Assembly: GCF_035594765.1 (NCBI RefSeq)
Contig: NC_085843.1
Coordinates: 260,191,971 to 260,255,970 of the forward strand
Direction: 5' to 3'
From: Anolis carolinensis
Taxonomy: Eukaryota
DNA: 64,000 nucleotides
The notes beneath the pieces are model-generated. The model did no database searches, was not told where the DNA came from, and saw only the letters and a list, made by a program, of their open reading frames with translations. Position numbers and translations under genes: made by a program. Below are positions 11,351-22,675 of this stretch, piece after piece; the stretch's first letter is position 1, and the number at the start of each line of letters is the position of its first letter.

Positions 11351-12380
11351 GAAGGAAAGCATCTAATGTGGCTTTGAAAGCTGAAACAGTTTGACATTTT
11401 AAAAAAATAAAAAGCAAGGGGGGAAATGGTCTTTGCCTTACATTTTTGTATCAGTTCTATGATCACTTATATTTATAAAGAAGGATTGTAAAATGGTTTG
11501 AGACAGCTTTGAACTGGGCACTGGTGGTGTTTTAAAGAGTGTCATTTCACAACCTTGGCCTACGCCCTACCAGAAAGATGCATATCTGTTTGCCTTGGAT
11601 TTCTTAGCCTTCAGAGATGACCATAAATAGACATGTGCTGCTGGATGATAACAGATATATGTATTTTCCCATGTGAGATTTAAAACAGTTTTGGCGCCCT
11701 TAGTGACCATTGCTACTGCAGCAAAGAGAGCTGATGAAAAGGCAGATATTCAGCCATGAATATAGTGTCCCCCAACTAATCCATTCCGTAACAGATATTT
11801 TAAAGCAATTAAACAACAATCCACTTAAAAACCCTTTAGTTATTCATAACTATAGTCAAGACATTGCATTAATTGTATTTACCTGTATGTTGACTCAACA
11901 TTGATAAAGTGAATGTTGGGCCGAACCAAGAGGATTTGAGCTATTAATTCATAACACTTAAATGTTGAAGGCTTCTTTGGATAGGGAGGTATTTGCCTGA
12001 AGACAAAAAGAAAGCAGAAGACCCTTTTAAAACAGGCCTTGAACTTTTCACCAGTTGAGAGTAGAAGAACAAATGTGCTGTTTCTTGATATGTACTTTAT
12101 TTTACTGTATTTTAACTGAACTAAATTAATGACTGAAACCCTCCTGGTTTTTTAATGGCAAGTTAATACAAATAATTATAAGTAATTCAATGACTTGTCT
12201 GAAAAAAAAAGTTACATAGTTAGGGAACAGCTGCCAAGAAGGCTCTATCCCTAGACCTTAGCTAATGTATTTGTGGGACTGTAAAAGTGTCATTTCCTGA
12301 ATATCTTGAAACTCAAACCCCATCTATGCTGCCATATAAAATCCAGATTCGTTTCTTTGAACTGGATTATATGGCAATGA

Positions 12381-13028
12381 TTACCAAAATTATAGCAACC
12401 AGACTGATAACTGGCAAATAGAGGGAGAAAACGTGAAGGCAGTGATAGACTTTTTATTTCTAGGCACAAAGATTACTGCAGATACAGACTGCAGCCAGGA
12501 AATCAGAAGATGTTTACTTCTTGGGAGGAGAACAATGACCAACCTTGATAAAATGGTGAAGAGTAGAGACATCACACTGGCAACCAAGGTTCGTGTAGTT
12601 AATGCAATGATATTCCTCATAGTAACCTATGGATGTGAGAGCTGGACCATAAGGAAGGCTGAGTGAAGGAAGATAGACGCTTTTGAGCTGTGGTGTTGAA
12701 GGAAAATTCTGAGTACCTTAGACTGCAAGAAGATCCAACCAGTCCATCTTCCAGGAAATAATGCCTGGAGGGAAGGATATTAGAGGCAAAGATGAAGTAC
12801 TTTGGCCACATAATGAGAAGACAGGAAAGCTTGTAGAAGGTAATGATGCTGGGGAAAATGGAAGGAAAAAGTATGAGGGCAGACCAAGGGCAAGATGGAT
12901 GGATGGATAGTATCCTTGAAGTGACTGGCTTGATCTTGAAGGAGCTGGGGGTGGCGACAGCCAAGAGGGAGCTCTGGCATGGTCCATGAGGTCATGAAGA
13001 GTTGGAAGCGACTGAACGAATAGACAAC
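12381..13028 (+). mobile_element. RTE-BovB LINE, 5'-truncated and decayed
   Basis: Translation FLGTKITADTDCSQEIRRCLLLGR...VTYGCESWTIRKAE is typical of the BovB C-terminus; 3' end gaagagttggaagcgactgaacgaatagacaac; 12-bp TSD atatggca(a/g)tga at 12369-12380 and 13029-13040, inside a Harbinger-type MITE starting ~12319. Confidence 0.92.
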
Positions 13029-13048
13029 ATATGGCAGTGAAACCTCTG

Positions 13049-13216
13049 GCCCCTTCTACACTGCCATATAAACCAGATTATCAAAACAGATAATCCACAT
13101 TATCTGTTTGGAACTGGATTATATGAGTCTACATTGCCATATAACCCAGATCAAAGAAGATAATATGGATTATCTACTTTGATAATCTGGACTGTATGGC
13201 AGCACAGAGCCAGCCT
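13049..13216. mobile_element. Harbinger-type palindromic MITE
   Basis: ggccccttctacactgccatata start, internal inverted ccagattatc/gataatctgg blocks; same family as 16353-16632, 41708-41855 and 62814-62954. Confidence 0.8.
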
Positions 13217-13276
13217 CAGACAGGTTCATACATGGAGATAGGATTTTTCAGGTAATTTGCAAAGTCATATAGGAAA

Positions 13277-13492
13277 GCCAGAGTAGTGAAGCAATTTGAG
13301 CATTGGACTGTGACTCTGGAGATAAGGGAACAAACCATGGAAGTGCACTGTGTGACCTCAAACACATCTTCTTAGTCTAAGAGAGAGGCAACAGCAAACC
13401 CCTCTGAAATAAGCTTACCAAGGAACTCCTATGACAGTTCCACTGTAAGGTTGCCATAACTAAGAAACAACTTGAAAGCACACAAAAACAAG
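13277..13492 (+). mobile_element. tRNA-head CORE-like SINE (decayed)
   Basis: agccagagtagtgaagcaatttgagcattggactgtgactctggaga...aacttgaaagcacacaaaaacaa; same family as 693-938. Confidence 0.7.
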
Positions 13493-13619
13493 CCATGTTG
13501 GGCTTGTAATTATACTTAAAAACTTACTAGTAATGAGTAAAGTTCTTCAGAAATGGAGTCATATATATACTTCCTATAACCAAAACTGATTACCAGTTCA
13601 ACAGCAACATTCTGGATGT

Positions 13620-14230
13620 GGATGTGGCTCTTAATGAGACATGCCACATCATCACAGGATGTCTATGACCCACACCATTGGAGAAATTATACTGTTTAGC
13701 TGGCATTGCACCACCTGACATCTGCCAGGAAGTAGCAGCCAGCAACAAAAGGACCAAGGTATTGTGTTATTGAAGGCTTTCATGGCCAGAATCACCATAG
13801 CCATACAGCCCAGAAAACACACAACAACCCCAACCAAGGCATTGACATCTCCGGACCATCCCCTATTCGGATATCAGTCAGCACGCCAATGCTTTAAATC
13901 AAGAAATAATTTTCTGAGATCTACAGAGATACTCGAAGGAACACCTCAGCAAGTGAGAGTCCAAAAGTGGCAGGGTAAAACCTACAAAGTGGAGTCCACG
14001 ACATGCAAGTGTGGAGAAGAGCAAACCACAGACCACCTATTACAATGCATTCTGAGCCCTGCCACATGCACTATCGAGGGCCTTCTTACAGCAACACCAA
14101 AGGCACTCCAAGTGGCCAGCTACTGGTCAAAGGACCTTTAGTACAATGCCAAGATGTTTTTTTTTAAAAAAAAATGTTTGTGTTTTCAAATACATTACAA
14201 CTCTGTTCGCTTCTGACATGATAAATAAAG
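13620..14230 (+). mobile_element. Vingi-type non-LTR retrotransposon, 3' fragment
   Basis: Decayed frame ETCHIITGCL*PTPLEKLYCLAGIAPPDI, C-terminal zinc-knuckle-like CKCGEEQTTDHLLQC, 3' end cttctgacatgataaataaa. Confidence 0.8.
13765..13832. mobile_element. Short rearranged Penelope-like fragment inside the Vingi copy
   Basis: Two halves match the 22832-22955 Penelope repeat in opposite orientations; 12-bp TSD accaagg(t/c)attg at 13753-13764 and 13833-13844. Confidence 0.75.
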
Positions 14231-15101
14231 GCAACATTCTAGACATGAAGTTTCCAAAGCATTTCCAAAAGCAGTCCTTTGAAGAGTGTTTTACAGTGAT
14301 CCAAAGGGGGAAGTAATAAAATTTTGTGTCTCTTTGCAACAAGACCTAACCTTTCATGGAAAGAATGTAGCAGGCAAATTGCTTCCTCATTTAAAGAAAA
14401 TTATTTGAGTAGCAGTGATGATAAAGGCCTCTGTTTAACAGTTCTGTAGAGGCTGATCCAAGGATAGGACTGCACTCCCTTACTCCCTTTCCAACTGGAT
14501 GATTCATTTTACTTTAAAACCAATGACGGAATAATTATTCAATGGCATGTGAGGCAACAGACTAGTCAGGACGAGATATCTTGACAGTTTGCATCACAAC
14601 TTCCTGAATAGCTCAGGAAGTAATCTTGGAACAACCTGGAGCTCCTACCTTTGAACCTAACTGAATGATATAATAAATCTGTTTTGAGTAAGAGTAAACA
14701 TTGCTGAGCAAGGAGAACTAGTCCTTTGATTCAGTAAGACACAGGCATTCCTTTGTGAAGATTTTACATTTGACCAAATAGGACAGAAATTGCAGATCAC
14801 CTTGTTTTTCTTCTGTTGTCATACTTTAAGCCATTTCTGCCTCTCCAGAATTGCACCCCATATTCACAATCTTCCTTTTAGGTCCAACAATTGTTTTCCT
14901 TTCACTCTTTAAATCCATCTTCAATATCTCTTTCTTCAGTGTGCTACTAATTTGGTGCTGTCTCTTTATCATGCTGTCATCATCTACAACTTGGTTATTG
15001 AAGCTGAAATGTTCTAAAGCTTAAACCATCAAGCCACATTCTTAACATTACCTCTGAACTCATGAAAAGAAGAGTATACAGATCTCACATGACCGTCTAG
15101 G

Positions 15102-15391
15102 CAGAGCCGGGCCAACAATGAGGCGAATTAAGCGGTCGCTTCGGGCGCCAAACATACGGGGGCGCAGTCGAGACTGCTTTTTCTGTTGATTTGTTGTAAA
15201 ACATGATGTTTTGGTGCTTAATTTGTAAAATCTTAATGTAATTTGATGTTTAATAGGCTTTTCCTTAATCCCTCCTTATTCAATATTTTCGCTTATCCAA
15301 CGCTTTTATTTTTCAGTTATTGTTTTTTTTGGGGGGGGGGGCACTAAAATTCTGTTCGCCTACACTTGAAAAATACCTAGGGCCGGCTCTG
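15102..15391. mobile_element. Non-autonomous hAT transposon
   Basis: TIRs cagagccgggcc / gggccggctctg; 8-bp TSD cgtctagg (15094-15101) / catctagg (15392-15399); CpG-rich, so relatively young. Confidence 0.9.
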
Positions 15392-15400
15392 CATCTAGGA

Positions 15401-15535
15401 CAGTGGTTCTCAACCTGTGGGTCCCCAGATGTTTTGGCCTTCAACTTCCAGAAATCCTAAGAGGTGGTAAACTGGCTGGGCTTCCTGGGAATTGTAGGCC
15501 TAAACCCCTGGGAACCCACAGATTGAGAACCACTG
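15401..15535. mobile_element. hAT-Charlie/SPIN-like MITE
   Basis: TIRs cagtggttctcaacctgtggg / cccacagattgagaaccactg; nearly fully palindromic. Confidence 0.88.
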
Positions 15536-16207
15536 TTCTTAATGTCATGTGAGATCTGTATACGCTTTTCACGAGTTCAAAGGTAATGTTACTACTAATA
15601 CAGTTCTGTCTTCCATATTTGAGACCTCTGTGTTTCTATTCTTCTTTTCCCTTCAACCAGTAATCAGTGTGGTACTGGAGGCTGTGATGATAGAGAAATA
15701 CCTCACTCAGGTACATTGGGTATGCTTTAGAATTTAAGTGGAAAAGCACCATTAAGCCATCAATGAAAAACATGTGCTTACCTGTTGTCCTCAGATAAGA
15801 AGGGTATAGAAGTGGCGGGTACAGTTAATACACATGCACATGGAGTTTTTATAGCAGGATTTATTACTTGGAAAGACATCAAGCAGAGCCTGCTTATCAG
15901 GAAAAAGAAAGAATGAATGCAGTGTGTGAACTGTAATGAAATCCTAATGTCCTTGTATGTACAGGTGGGACGGTGCTTAGATGGAACTTTGAGCATTTGA
16001 AAAGGCTTATCTTAAATGAAGGGGGTCTTCACATGCATTCCAAGCAAGGAGACCTCCCAACACTGATGTTAGGGTTAGACCAAAATATCTTGCTGCAAAG
16101 CAAATGGTGACCCCTTATTTTCCAAAGTAAAAGAGAGAGTTGAAAGTTTTTGTAGAATATGAAGCAGAACATCACACTTGTACCTTTCTGTGCATTGTTG
16201 AGACTTA

Positions 16208-16632
16208 GGCCTCTTCCACACAGCTGAATAAAATACCACATTTTCTGCTTTGAACTGGAATATATGGCAGTGGATAATCCAGTTTAAAGCAGATATTGTG
16301 GGTTTTTCTGCCTTGATTTTCTGGGGTATAGGGCTGTGTGGAAAGGCCCTTAGGCCCTATCTGCACTGCCATATAAAATCCAGACTATCTGCTTTGAACT
16401 GGATTATTTAGTCTACACTCTTATCTAGCCCAGTTCAAAGCAGATAATCTGGATTTTATATGGCAGTGTAGATGAGGCTTTAGGGCCCTTCTACACTGCC
16501 ATATAAAATCCAGATTATCTACTTTTGATTTGGATTATATGGCATTGTAGACTCACATAAACCAGTTCAAAGCAGATCATGTAGATTATCCAGTTTGATA
16601 ATCTGGATTATATGGCAGTGTAAGAAGGGGCC
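16208..16632. mobile_element. Three adjacent Harbinger-type MITEs (16208-16349, 16353-16479, 16483-16632)
   Basis: Each has GGCC..TC(C/T)ACAC-type TIRs; TTA at 16205-07, 16350-52 and 16480-82 fits the TWA target of PIF/Harbinger. Confidence 0.85.
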
Positions 16633-16731
16633 TGTGAATCAGGTGTTGTTGAACTGGAGTTCCTCATAGTTTTAGCCAGAATAGACATTGGTGAGGAGTG
16701 CTGAGAATTTCATTTCTGTTACAGCTAGAGG

Positions 16732-16928
16732 GGGAGCTAATGTAGTATAGTGATTTTATCATTGAATTACAAGCTGTGGAGGTCAGAGTTTGGTTTCCCG
16801 CTTAGCTTGGAAACCCACTGTATGACCGTAGACAAATCACACAATCTCAGTTCCAGAACTCCCTGTTATAGGATCACTTTAGATTCTCCATAGGACATAA
16901 ATGACTTGAATATACACAACCATAACAT
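16732..16928 (+). mobile_element. tRNA-head CORE-like SINE
   Basis: Same family motifs (gaaacccactgtatgacc...gacttgaatatacacaac); ctagagg duplicated at both ends. Confidence 0.7.
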
Positions 16929-17807
16929 CTAGAGGATTGCACAATGTCCATCTATACTACAAGGATGATAAAAAAAATAATTGATAATTTACAGTTTTGT
17001 CATGACACCCCAGGTTTTCCACCCAAGGCAACAATCTAACTCAGTTTGTTTTCAGTGTCAACCATGTCTGATATCCATTCGGAAGGGTTTCGGAGCCACC
17101 AGTGTTTTCTGCTATTTGCTGAGAAATCCCTTGCTGTCTTTGGCATTGTGGTCCGCTGTTTCTTCTTCAATAGTTGATGCAGAACCTTTCAATAGACTTT
17201 GTGGTAATAACAGAAGCTAGGTATGCTTCAGATCAATCAGGCATAAATGTAAACAGAGAATAGTTATTCAGAAGCCAAATCAAGCGGGGCACAATAAAGG
17301 AGGGACAAAAGCATTCTTCCTCCGTCAGACATAATAAAATGTTACTATCAGGACCATCTGTGACTCTGCATTGTCATAGAGTTCGTAAGCCATGACAATT
17401 GATTAATATAAAACTAGAGAGATTTGGAAAGACAGACAATACTTCCAGAGCATCATAAAAGATAACATAATGAGATATAAAAAAAGGATTATGTTTATTG
17501 CATTTAAACAAATAAAATAGAACTGCAACATAAACTGAGGGGCAGGGAGGAGACTTCAGATGCTGAGAAAACAACCTTTTATGTTAAGCCCAAAACATTT
17601 TGGACTATTCATTTCTGTGTGTCTGGCATTTACTGCATGCTGAGTTTCTCAGTTCTTTTTCTCAGCATCTGGCATTTATGCATGAAAACAAATGGCTTTA
17701 AGATTGAATCCTGGCAAAATACACAAGGAGAAATCAGAAGGCAAAACAATGAGCAGGTATCAAACATTTATATCTTTGACTGTGTGCATTTATGTAGAAA
17801 TGTGTAA

Positions 17808-18010
17808 GTGCCTTCAAGTCCTTGTCATGATGACCCCATGAAATACATATGGTTTCTTAGGAAAGAAATACTCTGAGGAGAATTTGCTAGTTTCTTCTTC
17901 TGCAATGGAACCTACTGCACCTGATATTAATTGGTGGTCTCCATTCAAGTACTAACCGGAGTTGTAGGAACTTGGCTTCCAAGATCAGACAGTATTCAAA
18001 GACTTTAGGA
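17808..18010 (-). mobile_element. 5S-rRNA-derived SINE with RTE-type tail; its 5' end is interrupted by the hAT at 18011
   Basis: ggtggtctccattcaagtactaacc...cttggcttccaagatcagac is a decayed reverse complement of the 5S internal promoter region; tail gtgccttcaagtc is shared with the tRNA-head SINEs. Confidence 0.7.
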
Positions 18011-18127
18011 TAGGAGTTCTCAAACGTTTTCAGCCACAGAGCACTTCTTGAAGCAAATATTTCCTGTGGAGCCCCAATAAATATTCATTTATTATGTTAT
18101 ATATTATATTACATTATATATAAAGTA

Positions 18128-18920
18128 CCGTATATACCCAAAGATAAGCGGAGTTTTTCAGCCCTTTTTTATGAGCTGTAAAAGCCTCCCCCGGCTTATA
18201 ATCGGATCGAGATCAAGCTGGCAGCGGAGCCTGCAATATATGACATATTCATCTCTCCTCTTACCCTTCTGTATCAGTGTTTACTTTTCCAAAGTCTCCC
18301 TCACTCTTAACCAAGGGAATGTTTTGAAAGAAGCCTTTGCAAATCAGAAAGAATATATATACCCATTCCCCTTTGCATTTTCCCCTGAAATATTTGTTAA
18401 TCTCTGCTACAGATATATAGGCATTCCCCCATGCAAGCCTTTGCAATCCCTATGTATCTTTATATTTGTATCTATCTATCTATATACATTAATTTTATAT
18501 ATGAATTTCCCCCTCATATGTTTGCAAGTCTTTGCAAATCCTATATACATATAGATGGCTAGAGATTTCCATGTACCTGTATATCTGTATCTATGTGTAT
18601 ACATTATTTTATGAATTTTCACCTCACATGTTTGCAAGTCTTTGCAAATCCTATACAGATATAATTATCTATATAGAGAGAGATGTCTAGATAGATAGAT
18701 ATGAACATAGGGCTTGCAAATATTGCAGGAGGGAAATGCACATATATAGAGAGAGGATTTGCAAACGTTTCAGGGAGAAATGCATATGTGAAATTAGTAT
18801 ATATAATTGTAGATCTATATGCAGCTCTGCATTGTTCATGTAGGAATTGAATGTTTGCCTGTTACTATGTTGGAAGCTGGCCAGAGTCCCCATGGGGAGA
18901 TAGGGCAGGGTACAAATGAA

Positions 18921-18967
<47 letters not shown>

Positions 18968-19247
18968 GTTATTGTTAATACATAATTGTTTTTGTTGACC
19001 CTACTTTTCCACTTACAGAGCTAGTTTACTGTTTTTCTTTGAAATACGGTAAATATTCAAAAACCTTTAACCTACTGATGCCTCAATATAATTTCATTGG
19101 GATCTATTTTCATTCTGAAATTTACCCATAGCTGCTGCATTTTCCACCCTCAGTTTATACTCAAGTCAGTAAGTTTCCCCAGTTGTTTGTGGTAAAATTA
19201 GGTGCTTCAGCTTATATTAGGGTCGGCTTATACTTGAGTATATACGG
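18128..19247. mobile_element. Non-autonomous Tc1/mariner-superfamily element
   Basis: TA|ccgtatatac...gtatatacgg|TA termini; internal direct and inverted tttgcaaatcc repeats and an L2-like tail with (TTA)n at 18922-18966. Confidence 0.85.
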
Positions 19248-19256
19248 TATATATAT

Positions 19257-19490
19257 CAGGCACGGGCAAACATTTGGATGCATTGTGTTTTAAAATTGGA
19301 CAGACAGGCCAGGCCAATGGCAGATGGATGGAGAGTGCTTGTGTGAACTAATTGGGAAAAAAACATGAAAAAATTCCTATGCACACTGCACATATCTAGT
19401 TTGTAGTGCAAAAAAAGAAAAGAAAGAACAATACAATATTTAAAATGAACTATTTTAACCAACATAAATTTAACAGTATTTCTGTGGAAT
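19257..19490 (+). mobile_element. One-ended hAT (OC1-like) MITE fragment
   Basis: Begins caggcacgggcaaac, resembling the caggcatgggcaaac terminus at 55309 (minus strand); other end not found. Confidence 0.55.
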
Positions 19491-19789
19491 ACCCTAGAGA
19501 CTATGCAGTCCAGCCCCCTTCTACCATGCAGGAAAAGGACAATCAAAGCACCTCCAAAAGATAGCCATCCAGCGTAGTAGTAGTGGTGGTAGTAGTAGTA
19601 ACAACAATAAAAACAACAACAACAACAACAACAAGCCTTTGATGATTGATCCTTGTAGGATCGAATTACTTGCCTACTAAGCAGTAGACCCTCAGGTATG
19701 CTTTCTCAGGATTACACTTAGCACTTTAAGCACTACACCTGCTGTGTAATTACCCCTCCCTGATGACTTGACATTTTTTCTGCACCTTG

Positions 19790-20014
19790 GCCCAGATCTT
19801 TTGATCCAACTCATGATTTTAACATTATTTTGTATATTGACCTTTTATGACTGTTTTTATCCATGTTGATGTTTTATTGTTGGCTGATTTGTTTATTGCT
19901 TTTGTTCTGATTTTATACTGTTGTGTCCAGGCATGGCCCCATGTAAGCCGCCTCAAGTCCCTTTGGGGAGATGGGGCGGGGTATAAGAATAAAGTTATTA
20001 TTATTATTATTATT
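19790..20014 (+). mobile_element. L2 3' end
   Basis: ggcatggccccatgtaagccgcctcaagtccctttggggagatggggcggggtataagaataaag plus (TTA)n; closely resembles the 3' end of the 1445-4470 L2. Confidence 0.85.
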
Positions 20015-22675
20015 AACAACAAGAGCAACCCCAGTGATCATCCAATTCAATCTGCTTCTATCATGCAGGAAAGGCACAATCGAAGCACCCCCAACAGATG
20101 GCTGAGGGAAAATGGCTTTGGGAGTGATGGCACTGAGGGGGAAAGACTTTTGGCAGCAAGGAAGGTGGGCGAAGGGGGAGGAGCAGGAAAGAGGAGGAAA
20201 AACTTGGAGTGTGAAGAGAAGAGAGAAAGAGGAGAGATGCTGCCATAAGGGAAATAAAGAGAGAGAGGAAGAAAGAAGGTGGTGCTAAGCTCAGGAGGTG
20301 GCCATTGAGAGACAATCCTTTTGCATAGTCAAGCAGGGAGGGTCAGGGTGCATGCACGCAACAGTCAAGCTAGACTAGAGCAGGGGGGGGAGGAGGCAGT
20401 ACGGAGCCCCTCAGAATACTTCATAGAGCCCTTGGGGCTCTGCAGAGCACAAGTTTGAGAACTGCTGCTTTAGGATATTTAGCTCTAGTATGTATGAATG
20501 CACATGTGAAAAAAAAAACCCACACCTAAAATTCTCAACGACTCAATAATGTCACTGTAACCCCAGGCTGGTGCAGATGCATAAGAAGCAAACATGCACC
20601 AACAAATCCAGTAAAAAAGGAAGTGACCTACTTGGTAATGCTAAATACTTCTGCCAAATGTTAACCACACATTGTGCAAACAATGAAACTGAGTATTCAG
20701 AACATAAAATATTATCCAATTTATCCTCTTTGAACAAAAGGCAAAACATTCCTTCAGAAATCTCTAGTTCATTGGATGTTCCAGCTCAGAGTTCTTCAAG
20801 GAAAAAAAAATCCAGATTGCCATGAAATCATTCTGGCCACAAACTCCAAGAAGTTTCTTTGCTTATCCTACGTTAAAAAGGTGAATTTGATAAACCGACT
20901 TTTGGTTTCCACTGTTAATGACAGGTGTGGTTCATTGGTATGGAAATTAGTTAAAAATTAATGGAGTTGCAGAGAACAATTTATGTCAATCGACTGAAGC
21001 TTCAGCCTCTTGACAAGATGCCCAGATGAGAAGCAACCAATGAGGACCTTGGGGGGATGTAATCATGGTGTTTAGTCCTGTAGAGTTTCAGATCACTATA
21101 TTCCTTTATTCATTACTTATCACATGTATGAATTTTCTGTATTCTCTATTACTAAGCATTTTCATCCTTATCCCATGAACAAGTGGATTATCTGCCCCCC
21201 TTTTTTAAAAAGGAGGTTTTCCTTCAACATAACAAGGGATCAAACTCTCTCAGTATCGAGATTTGCATTATTAAAGGCAAAGAAAAATAGTGATCTACTA
21301 AAGAAGCAATATTTCTTAGTTTTACATGTAAAAAAATACTGAAAAGGATCATGCAACTGCATTATGGCAGAGTACTGGGGACTCACTCTCGGTTAGAAGA
21401 CAGCCCACAAGACAGCCGATTTGTCCACATCATAGATTTGATTCAATGTGAGCGATTCTGACAGCTCTTATCCCATATGTTGTTGTACTTTTGAAAGGAA
21501 ATATCCTGATTCCTGAGTCCAGAAGATAATCTCAGACCTTCTCCCCCCCCCCCCCCTTCACCTTTTTTTGGACTGTTTATGACATTTAAATATGAAATCG
21601 TGATGGGCACAGACAGGAAGTCCCCCTGCATTGTGAGATGGGCTTAATCCCGTTTCATTCCCTCAATAATTTAGAACTGTTTTAAAATGGGGCAGTGGGG
21701 GGGAATAAGATCCTAAGTGTAAGCATCATATTGGGCACTCCTCTATTTCAATAACTGGTTGGACATGAATGTCAGAAAAAACCACTGAAAGCAAGGAGGT
21801 ATTAAACAATCTCACCTATTCCATAAAGATCAAGGCAACTGATTATCAGGGCAAAACATGAATGGGTTTCCTGCATTCCTTCAATTCTCTGTCCAGAAGG
21901 TCAGACCTGCACATCTCTCAATTTTCTAAGACTCCAGATGTAGTTCTCATGATGCCCCGATAAGTGGATATGACTGCGACTCTTTATAAAAGTAGTGAAA
22001 ACATTGTATTCCTTTATTATAGCTGGATTTGGTACATGTTCACACACAGAATGCTATTTTGGAATTTCTATCATTACACTTTTGGAATGGATCTGAGATT
22101 ATGTAAGTGTACAGGAAAAATATAACTTGTAACTATAACTAGCAAACTTCCAAGATGAACTTGAGGAGTTTTTGTTTCTCCTTCTCTGATGGCCCTCTTC
22201 AAAAGGATAAGAAGAATTACCTTTTCACAGTGAGCAAAATAGCTCTTGTAAGTTCATTCAGGAAATCTTGTTTTCTATTTGTGTGTGAGAATGTCTCTGA
22301 CTTTTCAGGGGTCCTACAAGGAAGTGGCAAATATTTTATTTGCTCTTGGATTCAGTGTCACTTTAAGAATGTTCCATTTATTTTCAATGCATTTCCCAAT
22401 AACTGAAGTTTCCCAAACAACGTGAAATGTTATGATCTCTCAAGCCATTTAGCCACAACATTTAAGGATGTTGCTCTCTCAATTACGTCCCAGGAGCCAT
22501 AAGTTTTTCTTGGGCCTGATGACTGCTGAGCAAATTGGCAAAGGCATAGGGGTTAAACCTACAGCCAAAAATGTTTCTGCACAGAGCAAAAATGTGGTCT
22601 TTTCTTCTGAACTGTATGACCATGTTGAACATAGGACAACAGTGAGTCCTTCCCTCTCTCTCAAAAATCTTCAAA

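Larger units (their letters stand above)
18011..20467. mobile_element. Composite non-autonomous hAT (Charlie-like) element, 2.46 kb
   Basis: Ends taggagttctcaaac / gtttgagaactgctg; perfect 8-bp TSD ctttagga at 18003-18010 and 20468-20475; no transposase ORF; contains nested elements. Confidence 0.85.

Noticed and set aside
17930-17995. 5S rRNA gene
   Set aside because: Partial, heavily diverged and fused to a SINE body.
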